A stretch of 64,000 nt of DNA from Tricharina praecox (lineage: Eukaryota). Location: NCBI RefSeq assembly GCF_024521635.1, contig NW_026250403.1:868001-932000 (forward strand), written 5' to 3'. Below, in pieces: positions 1 through 12,277 of this stretch. The notes beneath the pieces are model-generated. The model was given only the letters and a program-made list of their open reading frames with translations, was not told where the DNA came from and made no database searches. The number at the start of each line of letters is the position of its first letter. Position 1 is the stretch's first letter. The translations under genes were made by a program, and so were the position numbers.

Positions 1-920
1 GGATCCAGTACATACATAAGAAGTATCTACCTCCTTAGCTTGTGATAATTAGTTCCGCTGACCGAACACTACTATATACATAGGCCAGAAAGAGTGAGCA
101 TCTTCCCGGCCGCCTGGACGTCTTTGGGACAAGACCCGAGATGTGCTTACTGCTTGAGAGTCGAGCTTCCCCGACTACCGTACCTTCCTACCTACTTACG
201 GAACAAATTCGATATGTACATAGGATTTCCCCGGGGCTTCTCGCCGCTCGGTGGGGATCTCGCAGCTGGAGTTTCGCGCTGGACTCTTCCCCCTCCCCCG
301 ACCAGCGCCTTCCTCTCTGTTCGGATTGGATAGATTGATGTGCATTCATCAAGGCATCAGGAGTTGCACACGCAGGGGTTTGGTTCGGTTTTCGTTTCAC
401 GTTTCCGCTCCTGCTGGATTCTTGTCCACTCGTCTCGTCCGTCCATAAGGGAAGAAAAGAAGGAAGGAAGAAAGGGAAAACGAAAGAAAGAAAGAAAGAA
501 GGCATTAACTATCCCCCCAGGCAGTTGGTTACAGGCTTAGGTACTTTGGTCGCCCTGGGGCCTGGACGTGGAAGCCGCCCGAACACCTCCGCCTTTCGAA
601 ACACTCCGGCGCGGTAAACAATTACGGGTTTTGCGCCGCTTTTTTTTTTCTCTTCCATTTTTATTCGGTACCTGATTTGTCCGGTATTTGTTTTCGTTTT
701 TGTTTTTTTTGCTCGCCCTGCGCTTTCCTATCCTTTCCTCTTTCCTGTCTGCCGTAAAACTAACCATAGAGTGACCGTACCTAACCTACCTAGAGCACTT
801 CCGTACCTACCGTATGTACCCTGGTGCACTGCCTCCTCGCCGAGACATAGACATGCTCTGATTCGCCACGCAACTTGGTCCGAGTTTCAGTGTTGGCGGC
901 GGCGACGGCGGTGGTACCAT

Positions 921-975
921 GGTGGTGGTGGTGGTGGTGGTGGTGGTGGTGGTGGTGGTCACTGGTGGTGGTGGT
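921..975. repeat. (GGT)n microsatellite
   Basis: Run of GGT triplets with one short interruption; it explains the poly-G/W/V/H ORFs in the track. Confidence 0.95.
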
Positions 976-2898
976 AAGTTTAGCCCTGGAACACAGCGGA
1001 ATGCTCTGCAACCGGCAGAAAATAATAGGAACGCAGCGGGTGTGGAAATCTGTGGGAGTGAGGTGGCTGACTACGGCCAGACCAAAAAAATAGCGGTGAT
1101 TTTGCGGTGGAAGAGTGATGGCGAGTGAGTGGCTCGTCAACTCCAAGAAAAATGGGTATGTACAGTATGGAGTTATGTACATCGATTCCCTGGTGAAGCC
1201 GATGTTCAATATTTCTCACCAGCGGCATTCTTGCCCCAGGGCCGTGCAACCTCTCTCGTGGCCGCAAGTAGGTAGAATGGGTAGAAGCCCACATTTCTCA
1301 CGGTGACCTTTTTACCCCCCTTCGTTCCCCTTCGTTCCTCCACCCCCGGATCCGGACTGTTTGACGGGTTATCTTCCCATGGTCGCAGGCCGCCCCCCCA
1401 GGTAGAGTGGCTAGGTATGGGGCGGTATGTATGTACTAGTACTGACGACCGGCGGAGGCGGGGACGGCGACGGCGACGGTGATGGTGATGACCGATGGAT
1501 GGCGGGCACTCCCTTGCGAGAGACCTCACATATCTCACATACCTGATACAGAGTGCGGTACTTTACGTCACTGCGTCGAGCTCAGACCATCTTCGGAGGA
1601 ACTCGAATGGCTGGCTAGGTATGAGAGTGAAGTCCATAACTATGGCCAGACTGTAAGCTCATGGAGTAGGTACAACATCAAACCCTACAACTAACCGTGA
1701 CATGAGGTATCTGCATCTCGAGAGTGAGGATACAAGTGAGGTTTATATATATGGATAGTTTGAGCTTTGCGCCAGCTCGGGTGGAGATCCCCCCGCACAG
1801 GTGGAGTAAGTAGCTGGCTTCTGGAGTAATCGTACATAAATACTCTATTTACATAGTATCTATGCTGTACATACCGATCATGGGTCTCCACTTCCTCGGT
1901 AACTATGGGCCACGGCCGCCTTGTGGGGAGAGAGAGAGACAGCCTCCATCTGGAGTAGATAGGTATGTCGGTATCTAACAATTGACTTGACAAGTGGATT
2001 CTAGAGTGCGGTAGATCTTTGGGGGCTGTTTTCCTTCTTCGGCTCGGGATTCGAGCATATATATGATCTCGGGGAAGAATGATTTGGAAAAATGTCCCCA
2101 ATAATGATGCCAAGCAAGTACTTTAAAGTAAGAAGTACCTGAAAACACTTCGGATCCTCGCGCAGCTAGGCTGTAGGTGGAGAAGCCCCTCCCTCTCTCT
2201 CTCCTGTAAACAGCGTTTCCCCCCTCTCCGTGGTCGTCGGTCAGTCCTCCGCTTTTTGTTCCCTTATTCTACCGATTATCTATCGCTTTTAAGAGTTGCA
2301 TTGGGGCATTTTACTCTCGTAGTGGTGGAGAGCCTACTTTGTACCTACATGGAAGCATTTCTTCTCTCCCTATCTCTCTAGTAGTAGTTAATCGTTAGTG
2401 GAAACTTGCAAGCTTTCCCTAGAGTACCAGCAGCGACTTCCTACATACCGGTACTTACATCCAACTCACACACTCAACTCAACTTCACCCACGCTCGCTC
2501 TCTCTCACACCCCCCCAACCTTGAACACTCACCCTTCTCCCCCCATCACACCACCACCACCACCACCACCGCTACCGCCTTCAGCCCAACAACCACACTT
2601 AACCAACCGAATCTACCGACGTCTGCCACTGCACCCTCGCCACAAAACCAGCCCTCCCCTCTCCTCGAGTGTCCCGCTTCAACTGCGCTCCCCGCTTCGA
2701 CACTCACTCAACCCTGACAGTGCCCGCGCAACTCGTACCTCGCTTCGCCCTCTCCTGCGCTATTCGGACGAAAGAAAGAAGGAAAAAAACTCTAGCTGAC
2801 CTGTCGTGGTTGCGGAGCTCTCGGTTGACTCGATCTCAGACGAACAACTTCGTCTTTAACATCGGGGGTCAGCTGGGAATTTGACCGGTCGCCCCACG

Positions 2899-5564
2899 AT
2901 GGAAAATCGATTACATCTGAGCACGGATATCGTTGAAGACGAGTATCGCAGGCACTCGTTCGCTTCGTCCGTAGTCCCGCAGCGAGGTTCCGTCGCGTTT
3001 ACAACCCGCGATTTCACTTCGCCTGCCATTAGCATACAGGAGGCCGACAATGTATTCGACACACCGCCCGTCTCGCCAACTGTCGTCGGGCGGGACGACG
3101 TTTTCGCGACTCCGACAAATTCTCAACCCAGTTCCGCCAACGTTTCGCTCGTCGACTTGAGCGACTTTTCCACCCGTACACCGTCCGAAGTACCTCGAAG
3201 TTCGATATCGTCCGAGCCGAGGTCTCTCTCGTCTATAACAATAGCGGATGGAGGGTGGTCTTATGGGTTTGGGGGACATCGTCGGTCGGTGTCGTTATCG
3301 CGATCAATAACGCCCTCTTTGTCAGTCACAAGCGGAGTGAGCGGGTTACATCGGTCCAACACCGCGACTTCACACGGAACAAGTAATTCTTCAACTCTCT
3401 ATTCGATACCGTCAAATATTTCGGGGATATCGTCAAATATTTCGGGGATATCGTCGCCGCCTAGTCCAAGGCAAGTGGTGGCGCCGGTCAGGCCTCACTT
3501 CAATTATGGCGGCCACCAGCAGACTCTGTCCATCAACGGCTCGGAATTAGACGAATCGGATCCGTTTGGGGATGGGTTTGAGATACCGGTCGGCGATGGA
3601 TTCCGGCCACACATGCACAATCGGGTCCACATTATTAGTCAACGGCCTCCAACTTCATCGGCTGTCAGCCACAACGGTAGTTTTGGCAGCCTACCACCCC
3701 CTTACACGGAATACACGCTTCACACCAGATCACCGAAGCCGGATGACGGCGAGATTGATCTTGGTGTGGCCGTAAGACCTGTTTCGACAAATTCGGACTC
3801 CGGCATATCCATGGGTGACGGGGACGTTCGGCGAAGGAGCAGAAGGAGTGCAGCTGTTGTGGCAGGGGCGGGGATAGGAGTGGCAAATATGCGGAACGAC
3901 GAAGGCGGTGAAGATTCTAGCGGTGCCACGAAAGAATGGCGCGAAAGACGGATTTTTGGGAGTCGAGCGTGGCTGATTATCCTTTCGGGTGTCGTTGCAT
4001 TATTGGTTGGAGTCGCTGTGGGATTGGGTGTTGGTCTGGGAATTGGGGTTGCAAAATCGAAGGCGGAGTGAGTGGCCCCATCAGAGTCGTTGCGGAGGAT
4101 TAATCTGACTATTGAAGTGCTGCTTCTGAATCTGGTACTTCAATGACTACAGCGACTAACGTTCGGCCATCGCCCGAAGAAACTAGTCCCCCTAAGTCTG
4201 ATCCAAACAACGTGTATCCCGACATTCCGACAGGCAAAAACTTGATATCACCGCTCGAACTCAAGGACTCCCTAGGGGGATGCAGCATCGCTAGTGGCAG
4301 TTCACAGTCACCGCAATATTTCAGTCAGGGATCGAATGGCCTCTGGTCTTGCAACATGCCGGAGCAGAAACCGTTGCTGTGGGATATCGACGAGTGGCCG
4401 ATGAAATTCGCCGACGCCGAGCTTAGCAAGCTTGGCACTGTCCCGGACACCATCGTGTGCGCGGAGTTCGACAATGCCAAATGGGGAGGGTATTTGATTT
4501 CGAGTCAGGAGGGTGAATTCAAGGAGGAGCAGAAGAATACCGTGTTCGTTTCACCCAGCGGTGAAAGCGTCCAGTACGCACCTGGAGGCGGTTTTAGGGA
4601 GGGGATGCAAGCGCCGGCGTTTTACAACCAGCCACTCGCTTTCATGAATATCACCTGGCTACCGGACGAATCGGTCAACAAGAAGAGGGATGCGGGTCCT
4701 ATCACGACGCTGTCATACAAGTTTGGAATGCTATACAACAAAACTGTCATCTTGAAGGAGACAACCATGATTGAGACATTCAATTCTGCAGGAACCAACC
4801 CGCAGCGCTACGGGAATGGAACCGAATTGGTGGCAGGGGATAAGGTGTGGATGTGCATGTGGGAAAAGACGCTTCTCGAGGTGGAATTGATGGTCGACGA
4901 AGCCTCGTTAGCAGCAGAAAAAGTACCCACGAGGCACGCTCTAGGGAGTGTCGACGACGAAGAGGACGATACCTACAACAGCGGCAGCTTAACGACAACC
5001 ATCACTGTTAGTGATGTTATAACCGCATTGTCGACAACCGAGTCATCATCTTCTTCTTCATCTTCATCTTCATCTTCTCCATTCCCCTTTGAGCATGGGC
5101 CACACCCCCCTGGGGCGCCACATCACGGGAGACCACCTCCGCCACCACCTCCGCCACCAACACCAACACCAACACCCACGCCTATCGGCTTTGCAGACTT
5201 CGATTTTATCGAGCGTCTTGTTAAGCGTGGTGGTGCTACCGGCAAACCTCGTCGATACTCGCGGAGAGTGATAATCAAGGAGTATCGGCCCACGCAGGAC
5301 CGATTACGGAGGGTGTTGGGGATCGACAAGACGGACAGGGACGCCGAAGGCAGATCGATACCGGGTGCCGTGCACTGCCGCAAGATGATCGTGCAGACGG
5401 ACCGCGGACTTCGCGAGTACAGCTCCGATAACGAGGTCGTCAAGGTCACGATGCAGGAATTCGACACGAATTCGAAGCTGAAAAGAAGGACCGACGAAGT
5501 TACCGATACCGATACCGATGATGATGCCGATAACGACGGTTGTAAGTGTAGATGGGAGTCATAG
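2899..5564 (+). CDS. Single-pass (type II) membrane protein with Ser-rich cytoplasmic N-terminus and Cys-containing extracellular domain (DUF7820-like); exons 2899-4067, 4118-5564
   Basis: GTGAGT...CTGAC...AAG intron 4068-4117 joins ORFs 2881-4071 and 4143-5564 in frame. Hydrophobic segment WLIILSGVVALLVGVAVGLGVGLGIGV, PPPY motif, W-x-C motifs (WSCNM, VWMCMWEKTLLE) and C-terminal CKCRW. The DUF assignment is from memory of similar fungal proteins. Confidence 0.8.
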
Positions 5565-6582
5565 TCATACAGTTTGGGGGCGGAGAGAGAGGGGTCCGAG
5601 GGGAAGACGTGTTGGGTGATAAAATGGGTGCATAATTGTGCTTTTTCATTTGATTCCTTTTTTATTATTCTGGTCTGGGATGTAGTTGCGGTACGGGGGC
5701 TTGGCTTTTGGGCGTTTCTGGGGATCATTTTTCAACTGTGTATTTTTTTTTGCGGTACTTTTTTTTTTGCGATACCGTTGTTTTTTGTTTTACATTTTCA
5801 TCATACCATGTATCTCTTTGTTTTTTTCCTACTCTCTGGGGGGTGGGGGCGGGCTTTTTGGTTGCGTTCATTTATTCTCTACATTCTTGGGAGGCATCAT
5901 TGGGGCGGAGGGGGGGGGGGGGGGGGGGGGGGTGCTGAGCGGGAAGTAAATATTACCATGTTACTAACAGGTGATGTGATGGTGCTCACTCGGCTGCGTT
6001 TGTGCTGTGCTGTGCTGTGCTGTGTTTTGGTTGCTCGTGGGAGATGTGGAGATACGTTGAGCCTGGATGTTTGTTACCTGATGTGGAGGCTTGACTTGAC
6101 GAGTGATGACACACGGAGAAGTGTATGACGCGCTATTCTATAGTACGATTGTAGATGAGCGAGAGTGAATAGAACCAGCCAATTCCAATTCCAATCAGAG
6201 GCCGATCATTATCGTGGCAACGAGTGATATCATATGATGGCTTTTTGGAAATTCGGTATTCGTGCGAGTCCGTACGAGTCCGCGCACCAACTGGACACGA
6301 TTACGGGCCGGCGCTGCTCACGCCCACACTCACGCTTCGGAGGGACGGTATTGATGGGAAGTTCAACATATCTGGTATTCCCCTCCCCTCATACATGTCG
6401 TCCCGCTTCTGCTGCCCTCCTGCCCTCCTCCCGCTCATATCCATCCATCCTCCTCCATCCTCCAAGCTCTCGGCCATCACCATCACCATGTAAACCCACC
6501 GCCTACCTACTCTACATAATCCATCTCGAGTGGTCGGGTAGGTAAGTGGGTAAGTAAGTCCACTACACACACTGCACACGCC

Positions 6583-6704
6583 ACACACAGGACAGGACAC
6601 ACAGGACAGGACACACAGGACAGGACACACAGGACAGGACACATAGGACAGGACACACAGGACAGGACACACAGGACAGGACACACAGGACAGGACACAC
6701 AGGA
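6583..6704. repeat. Minisatellite, 14-bp unit ACACACAGGACAGG, about 8.5 copies
   Basis: Directly visible head-to-tail copies with one substitution and no spacers. Confidence 0.95.
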
Positions 6705-7419
6705 TAATCCAGGACACAATCCAGCGCTCTCATGCAACGGTATATAAAGGTTATGAATCAACAAGTTCCCGCAACTTACGAAAAGAAGAAGAGGAAAAGC
6801 CAACGTTTCCAAACCACCACCACTCCCACACCCACCGCACCCACCCATCCCCATCCGCATCCCACTCCCACCATCCCCATCCTCTCTCCTTTCCAAAACC
6901 CCACCCCCAAAAACCCCAAATCCAGCCAGATGTGCCAAAGAAAGAAAAAATGAACAAATGAAGAAGGCATAGGTGTGTAGGTAAGTAAGAAGTAGGTAGG
7001 TTGCGATCCCTTCCCGTCTCGTATCCTCTATCCCCCTTCCTTCCCTTCCCTCCACCGTCCCCTCCCCATGCCCATCCCATTTTTCCCACATGCCCTCTTC
7101 CCCCGCCATGACACCCGCCCAAACAGAAGAAAAAAACAGAAGAAAAAAAAAGTAAAAAACAAATCCAGCCCCATTGCACATAAAGTACGGGTCTAGGTTT
7201 AAAAGCCCCGTCTCGGGAAAAGGACCTGCAATGTTGTCAAGCCCTTTCCGTCAAGAATCAAGTCGAAGACGTTAAACATGCGAAGTGGAAAAAGCAGAAA
7301 AGCTAGTAAAAACGACAGGAACGCAACCAGGCACATGGAAAGGGTGGCCGATTGCCATTAAACACTCATTGTACACGCAGGAAAACAGTAAGTGACCGAA
7401 AATGAGGTGTCCTCATCTT

Positions 7420-8963
7420 CTACAACTCCTCCTCCTCCATGGCAACCAGAGGTGCGCCCAACAATCCTCCGAAGCCGTGGCCTCCTCTCTCCGGTGGTCC
7501 GCCGAAGTTCAGCCCGCGGGTCGGGGCGGTAGGACTCTTGACATCGCTGTCCCCGCTGCCCTTCCTCTTCTTGGCGGGAGTCTCGGGCTCCTTGTCGGGA
7601 AGACGTCCGGGCGTGAAAGCCGTAGGACTGAAAATGCTTGGGATCGTGTCGGTGGGTTGTGCCGGGGGTGTCTCGGGACCGTCCGACTTGAGCGACGTGA
7701 TCGAGTGGGACCTCTTGAGCTTGACACGGCTAATCTGTGCCGCCAGCTGGTCCTCCATCCGCACTTCCTCCTCGGTCTTCATGTGTTCCCTCGCCATATC
7801 CCGAGGATCACGGTTGAGTTCGTCTCCCAACAAGGGATCGTCGTCCTCGCTGAAGCCGTTGAGACGCTTGCCGTTGGACTTATTCTTGGTGGGCTGTGGG
7901 AGCGAATCTCGGAAATCGCCGAAGCTGTTGCGGCCCTTGTAAATGTCATCCCCCTTGGGAATGAGTTCGCCGGTTGTCGATCCGAGGAGCGACGAGAAGT
8001 CGGCTTGCTTGGGCTTGGCCGGGGTGTTCTGTGTTGAGCTTGCTCGAGCGGGGAGAGCCGGCGGCTTGATCAGCCCGATCTTCTTGAGCTGGTGCTCGGA
8101 TCGGTAAAAAAAGATGAAGCTCGCGAAAACAACACCGTCGGCATCGAGGTGGCTGACGGATTGGGTGGAAACGGTCTCCTTATCTAGGGGCTTCGGGTCA
8201 GAGAAGCTGTAATTGTTAGTAGTGAAGGGAAAACATTTTAAGGCGGACACAAAAGAGATGAATACCCAGCAGTGTGGCTGACATCGACGTCGCCACCAAC
8301 ATCGCCCTCGGGATTGCCGCCGTTTGCCAGATGGTCCTTGAACATGTCTCCCCACACGCCCCTGCGGACCGGGCCCTCACATCTCACGCGGAACAGATCG
8401 ACACGGATCTGACCGGCTGACTCCTTCGGCTTAGAAGCTTTGGTCTCGCCCTCATCCTCCATGTTACCAACGACGGATGCTGGCATGCTATGCCTCCGAT
8501 TCAGGGCGGCAGCATCGGACTCGGACTTCTTCTCCTTGGAAATGTCTAAGGTGTTGAAGAAATTCTCGAGGCCGACTTCACGGAATACAAATTCTCGCTC
8601 AGCCAGTTGACCCTCGGCGACTTCGATCCATCTGCTCGAAATCCAGGTCTCGACCCCGCGCCGCAGAAGAGTAGCAGTTTCCTCCTTGCTCTTGCCGTCG
8701 AAATAGACGTAGGCAGCCAATGACTCCCGGTCGTCTCCTTTGACCTTGGGCTCGTAGCTATCCAAGATGGTGATGGAGACGGCGAACGGGCAGTTGGTTA
8801 TTGCAGGGATATACGAAGTAATTTTCGGGGTATGACGGAGCTTGTAGGTACCGTGCTCGGAGACAGCGCCGTGCTGGACGTGGGCCCAGTTGAAGTTCTC
8901 GACATCGGTGGGCGGATCCTTGGGGCAGTGGATCTCGACAGTAACACCTTTAAACGTCGGCAT
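7420..8963 (-). CDS. Conserved fungal hypothetical protein (DUF7918-like); exons 8963-8266, 8206-7420
   Basis: Minus-strand intron 8265-8207 (GTATTC...CTAAC...CAG) fuses ORFs 8238-8963 and 7420-8355 (TAG-FSDPKP). Motifs ITSYI...FAVSI, LAAYVYFDG, GQIRVDLFR and FIFFYRS..L.KIGLI. Confidence 0.8.
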
Positions 8964-9088
8964 AGTTGGGTAGGTGGAGATATGGTGGTTCTCGGAGGGG
9001 GTTGTAGTGGACGGAAGAGGGAGAAGCTTGGTCGTGGAGGATGACTATGGGATTGGAAGATACTGTGTGAGCAGGTAGCGGCTTTGAG

Positions 9089-9283
9089 TGAGGAAGAGAG
9101 TTGTGAATGGGTAGCAGCGTTGGGAGAGGAAGAGAGTTTGAATGGGTGGCAGCGGGTGAGGAAGAGAATTTTGAACGAGTAGCGGCGTTGGACGAGGAAG
9201 GGAGTTTGAATGGGTGGCAGTGGGTGAGGAAGAGAGTTTTGAACGAGTAGCGGCGTTGGGCGAGGAAGAGAGTTGTGAATAGG
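9089..9283. repeat. Degenerate 32-35 bp tandem repeat (core GAGGAAGAGAGTT(G/T)TGAA), about 6 units
   Basis: Core recurs with alternating TGGGTGGCAG and CGAGTAGCGGCGTTGG tails, 125-320 nt upstream of the ATG at 8963. Confidence 0.8.
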
Positions 9284-12277
9284 AATAGCAACAGCTCGGG
9301 CAACGAACCGAAAGCAAGAGCTTGGAACTCGAAGCGATTAAGACTCACTCAAAATGCGGGATGCCAGCGACGGGTAACGAAGACGACAGCGAAGACGACG
9401 AGAATGACGTTACGTGGCTTGGAGGAAGAAGAGGGGCGACTGCTTTGCGGAGTAGATGGTATTGGAGTTGTATCTGTGAAGGGTGTCTGACCGAACCCTG
9501 TGTGTTCAACTCAGTAACTTTCAAATTACCGAACGCCAAACGCTTGCGACGTCACTCCAAGCTCTCAGGGGGAACGGGCTCTTCAATCAATCCGGCCACC
9601 GAGAAGCAAGCGGAAGAGAGAGCGGGCAGCGACAGGAAGCGGGGTGTCCGCGGCAGCCGTGGCCATAGGTATGCCCGGGCCGGGTCCATCGCCAGACCGC
9701 GCAACTCCACCACCACTACCACCGCTACCACCACCGCCACCTCACTAGCTGTTTCCCCGCCGCTTCCCACCTGCGATCAGGTACTGGAGCAACGCCAGAC
9801 AAACGAGCTCTCGGCCACCGGCAATGGAATCAAGAAAAAGTTGAGACCTACTCCCGAGTAACGATAGCGTAGCTGGCGACAAAATTAGCCGGAGTTGATA
9901 AGGTCTCTGGTTGTGTGGGGCTGGGGGGAGGGGGGAGTGGTGGTGGTGGAGGAGGCGGTGGTGGTGGAGGAGGTGTTGGAGGCGAGGAGAGGAGTTCGTG
10001 CGAGTTTGTTGGAGGTAGTTAGTGAAGAAGAACGTCACCCCCTGGCTCTTTCACTCTGGCTTTTGCCCAGCCGGCCAGCAAGGGCCAGCCAACCAGCCAA
10101 CCCGCCGTCTCCATCGCCGTGCTCCTTCAAGCTTCGGGATCATGTCAGAGCAGCCATTCGGTCGGTCAGCCAGTCAAGTCACGATCAGTTTCATAGTGCT
10201 CTGGAGTAGTGTGAATGCCTAGCCACGGGAAAGAAAGGGAAAAAAACACAACTTGCTCAAGCTGGAAGTCGCATCAACGGAAGCAGAAGAATTTACTATT
10301 CTGCACGAATAAGTATCATAGGCACGTAGGTGGTTTGTATATGTACTCTATGTACTCGATAGATAGAGTATGTAAACCCATAACATTCAATCAAATCTGA
10401 ATTGTTGGCTGGTGGGGAGAATGAAGAGGAGTCCTCACTCGCTTTCCAATCATATCCGCCGGCGACCGAAGTGAGTTTCGAAATTCGAATCATATCATAG
10501 TTACCGGACAGCCGCTGCTCCTCTCTCTCTCCAGATGTCAATATAATTGTCAGCCATCAGCCATGCAAACATCGCTTCTCCGCTGTGCCCATTAGACAGG
10601 TTTCTGGGAGCTTCATATCATAATTCCTTTTCCCCCCTTCGTTTGAGTCCATCTTATGAGGACCCTCTCTCTCTCCGCCATCTCCCCATCCACCCACCCT
10701 CTCCATTCCCCCCACCCCCAACTTTGAACTCACTCACTCACGCGCTCTCTGCTCCACTCGATATCTTTTTTTTCCCACAGCCGCTTTAAGGCCCCCATGC
10801 CCGTGCCTATTTCCCCCCATGCCTATGCCTATGCCCATGGATGTCGGCTCGCTCCCTCACAAAGAAACTTGTGTTGCGTTGCGTAGTTGCCGTACCTGCG
10901 CTATGAGTACCGTATTCACTTCCCAGAAGTTGTGTCGTGAGCTCATTGGCCCGCAGTGCGCAGTTGCGGCTCTTATCGTCTCGGATGCGAGAAAACCGGC
11001 GGAGGTGCTGCGGGTCGAAGGGACTCCTTCTGGTATATACTGGGAGATAGATGTGTACTCTGGAGCTCACAAAACCATAGGTCTTCCGTCCATTTCTCCC
11101 TCTGTCCGTACATGTAGTTAAGTGGCGGTGTTATTGGTGTTGGTTGGTCGATGCACGAATGTATGCACGTATTTGTATTGTACACAGTGGTTAGGTACCG
11201 TATACCGTGGTCCGTGGCGTGGACATGCCGCCTTTGACAGCGTAACGGTTGCTCTCTCCACCCCTCTTCTCGGAGAGGAAATAACCACATACGCTCTCGG
11301 TGCTTTCGGAAGCTCGAAGGGGAGCACTGCGATTGGTGTCCGAGTAGTTGCCACGGACGTTCGAATAAACGTGGCCGAGTCACGATCCGTAACCAACTAC
11401 ATACAGTGGTGATAGTGGTGGTGGCGGCGGCGGCGGTGGTGGACTCGGCGATCGTGCGAGCCAGCCAGGCCAGCCAGTTCTGGGGCCGTCCAGCCCAGCC
11501 CGAACTGCTGCGGGGTGAAGAATTCCATTCCACCCCCCACCCACACTACCCCGTTGTAGGAGAGAACACACGAGGGCTATGATACTAGGCTGTGGGCAAG
11601 ACATAAAGCGAATAAACTCGGTGTTCCTGATCATCGGATAGGTACTCGAGCGGTAGTCAGTCAGTGGCACGTGAACTCGTCACGAGTATTGTTTGTCAGA
11701 GGGGCACCGTGGGCTAGTTATTCGCAGAAACGAAACAGCGGCCCGTGGAGAGATCACTGGGATACCGATACACTACTAGTACATAGAAGAATCATGGTAT
11801 GATGTGAGTTGGAGATGCACACGCAGTGGCTGGTCGTGGTGGCCATGACCATCCTTCGAAAAACGGCCTAGACATCAAACAAACATCGAGAGAGGTATGT
11901 ATGAGTACACCCAGACAATTTAGGCCTACGTTTCGGTCGTGGGGAATTTCTGCGACGGCCACGCACAGCGATTGGCGCCGCACGCGGTGGCCATTCACTA
12001 GATATCACCCATCCATCCATCATAAACAAAGGTGTTGTGACCTCGAAGATGACCATCAACTCTGCATATAGATCGAAATGTATAGTTATCGCGGAAGATT
12101 GCCAACTTGCCATGGAAAGCTTCTCGGGAGTCGGCCACGTAAGGTGGCGCTACTGTTAGATTCCATGCATATATCGTGTTTGTACGTACAATACACACAT
12201 GCCCAAAATAATAAATGGTTGTAACTATGCCGGAATCCGACTATTACGTCCGTTGATCTGTCCTATAGGTAACTACA

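Noticed and set aside
6583-6704. 14-bp array (and the 16-bp array at 34760-34875) as a CRISPR array
   Set aside because: Units are contiguous with no unique spacers, there are no cas genes, and the context is eukaryotic.
10800-11420. Telomerase RNA, RNase P/MRP, SRP or snR30 identity for the structured region
   Set aside because: No TAACCCTAA template, GAAAGUC-type CR-I, SRP helix 8 or complete m1/m2 plus H-box motifs found by eye.
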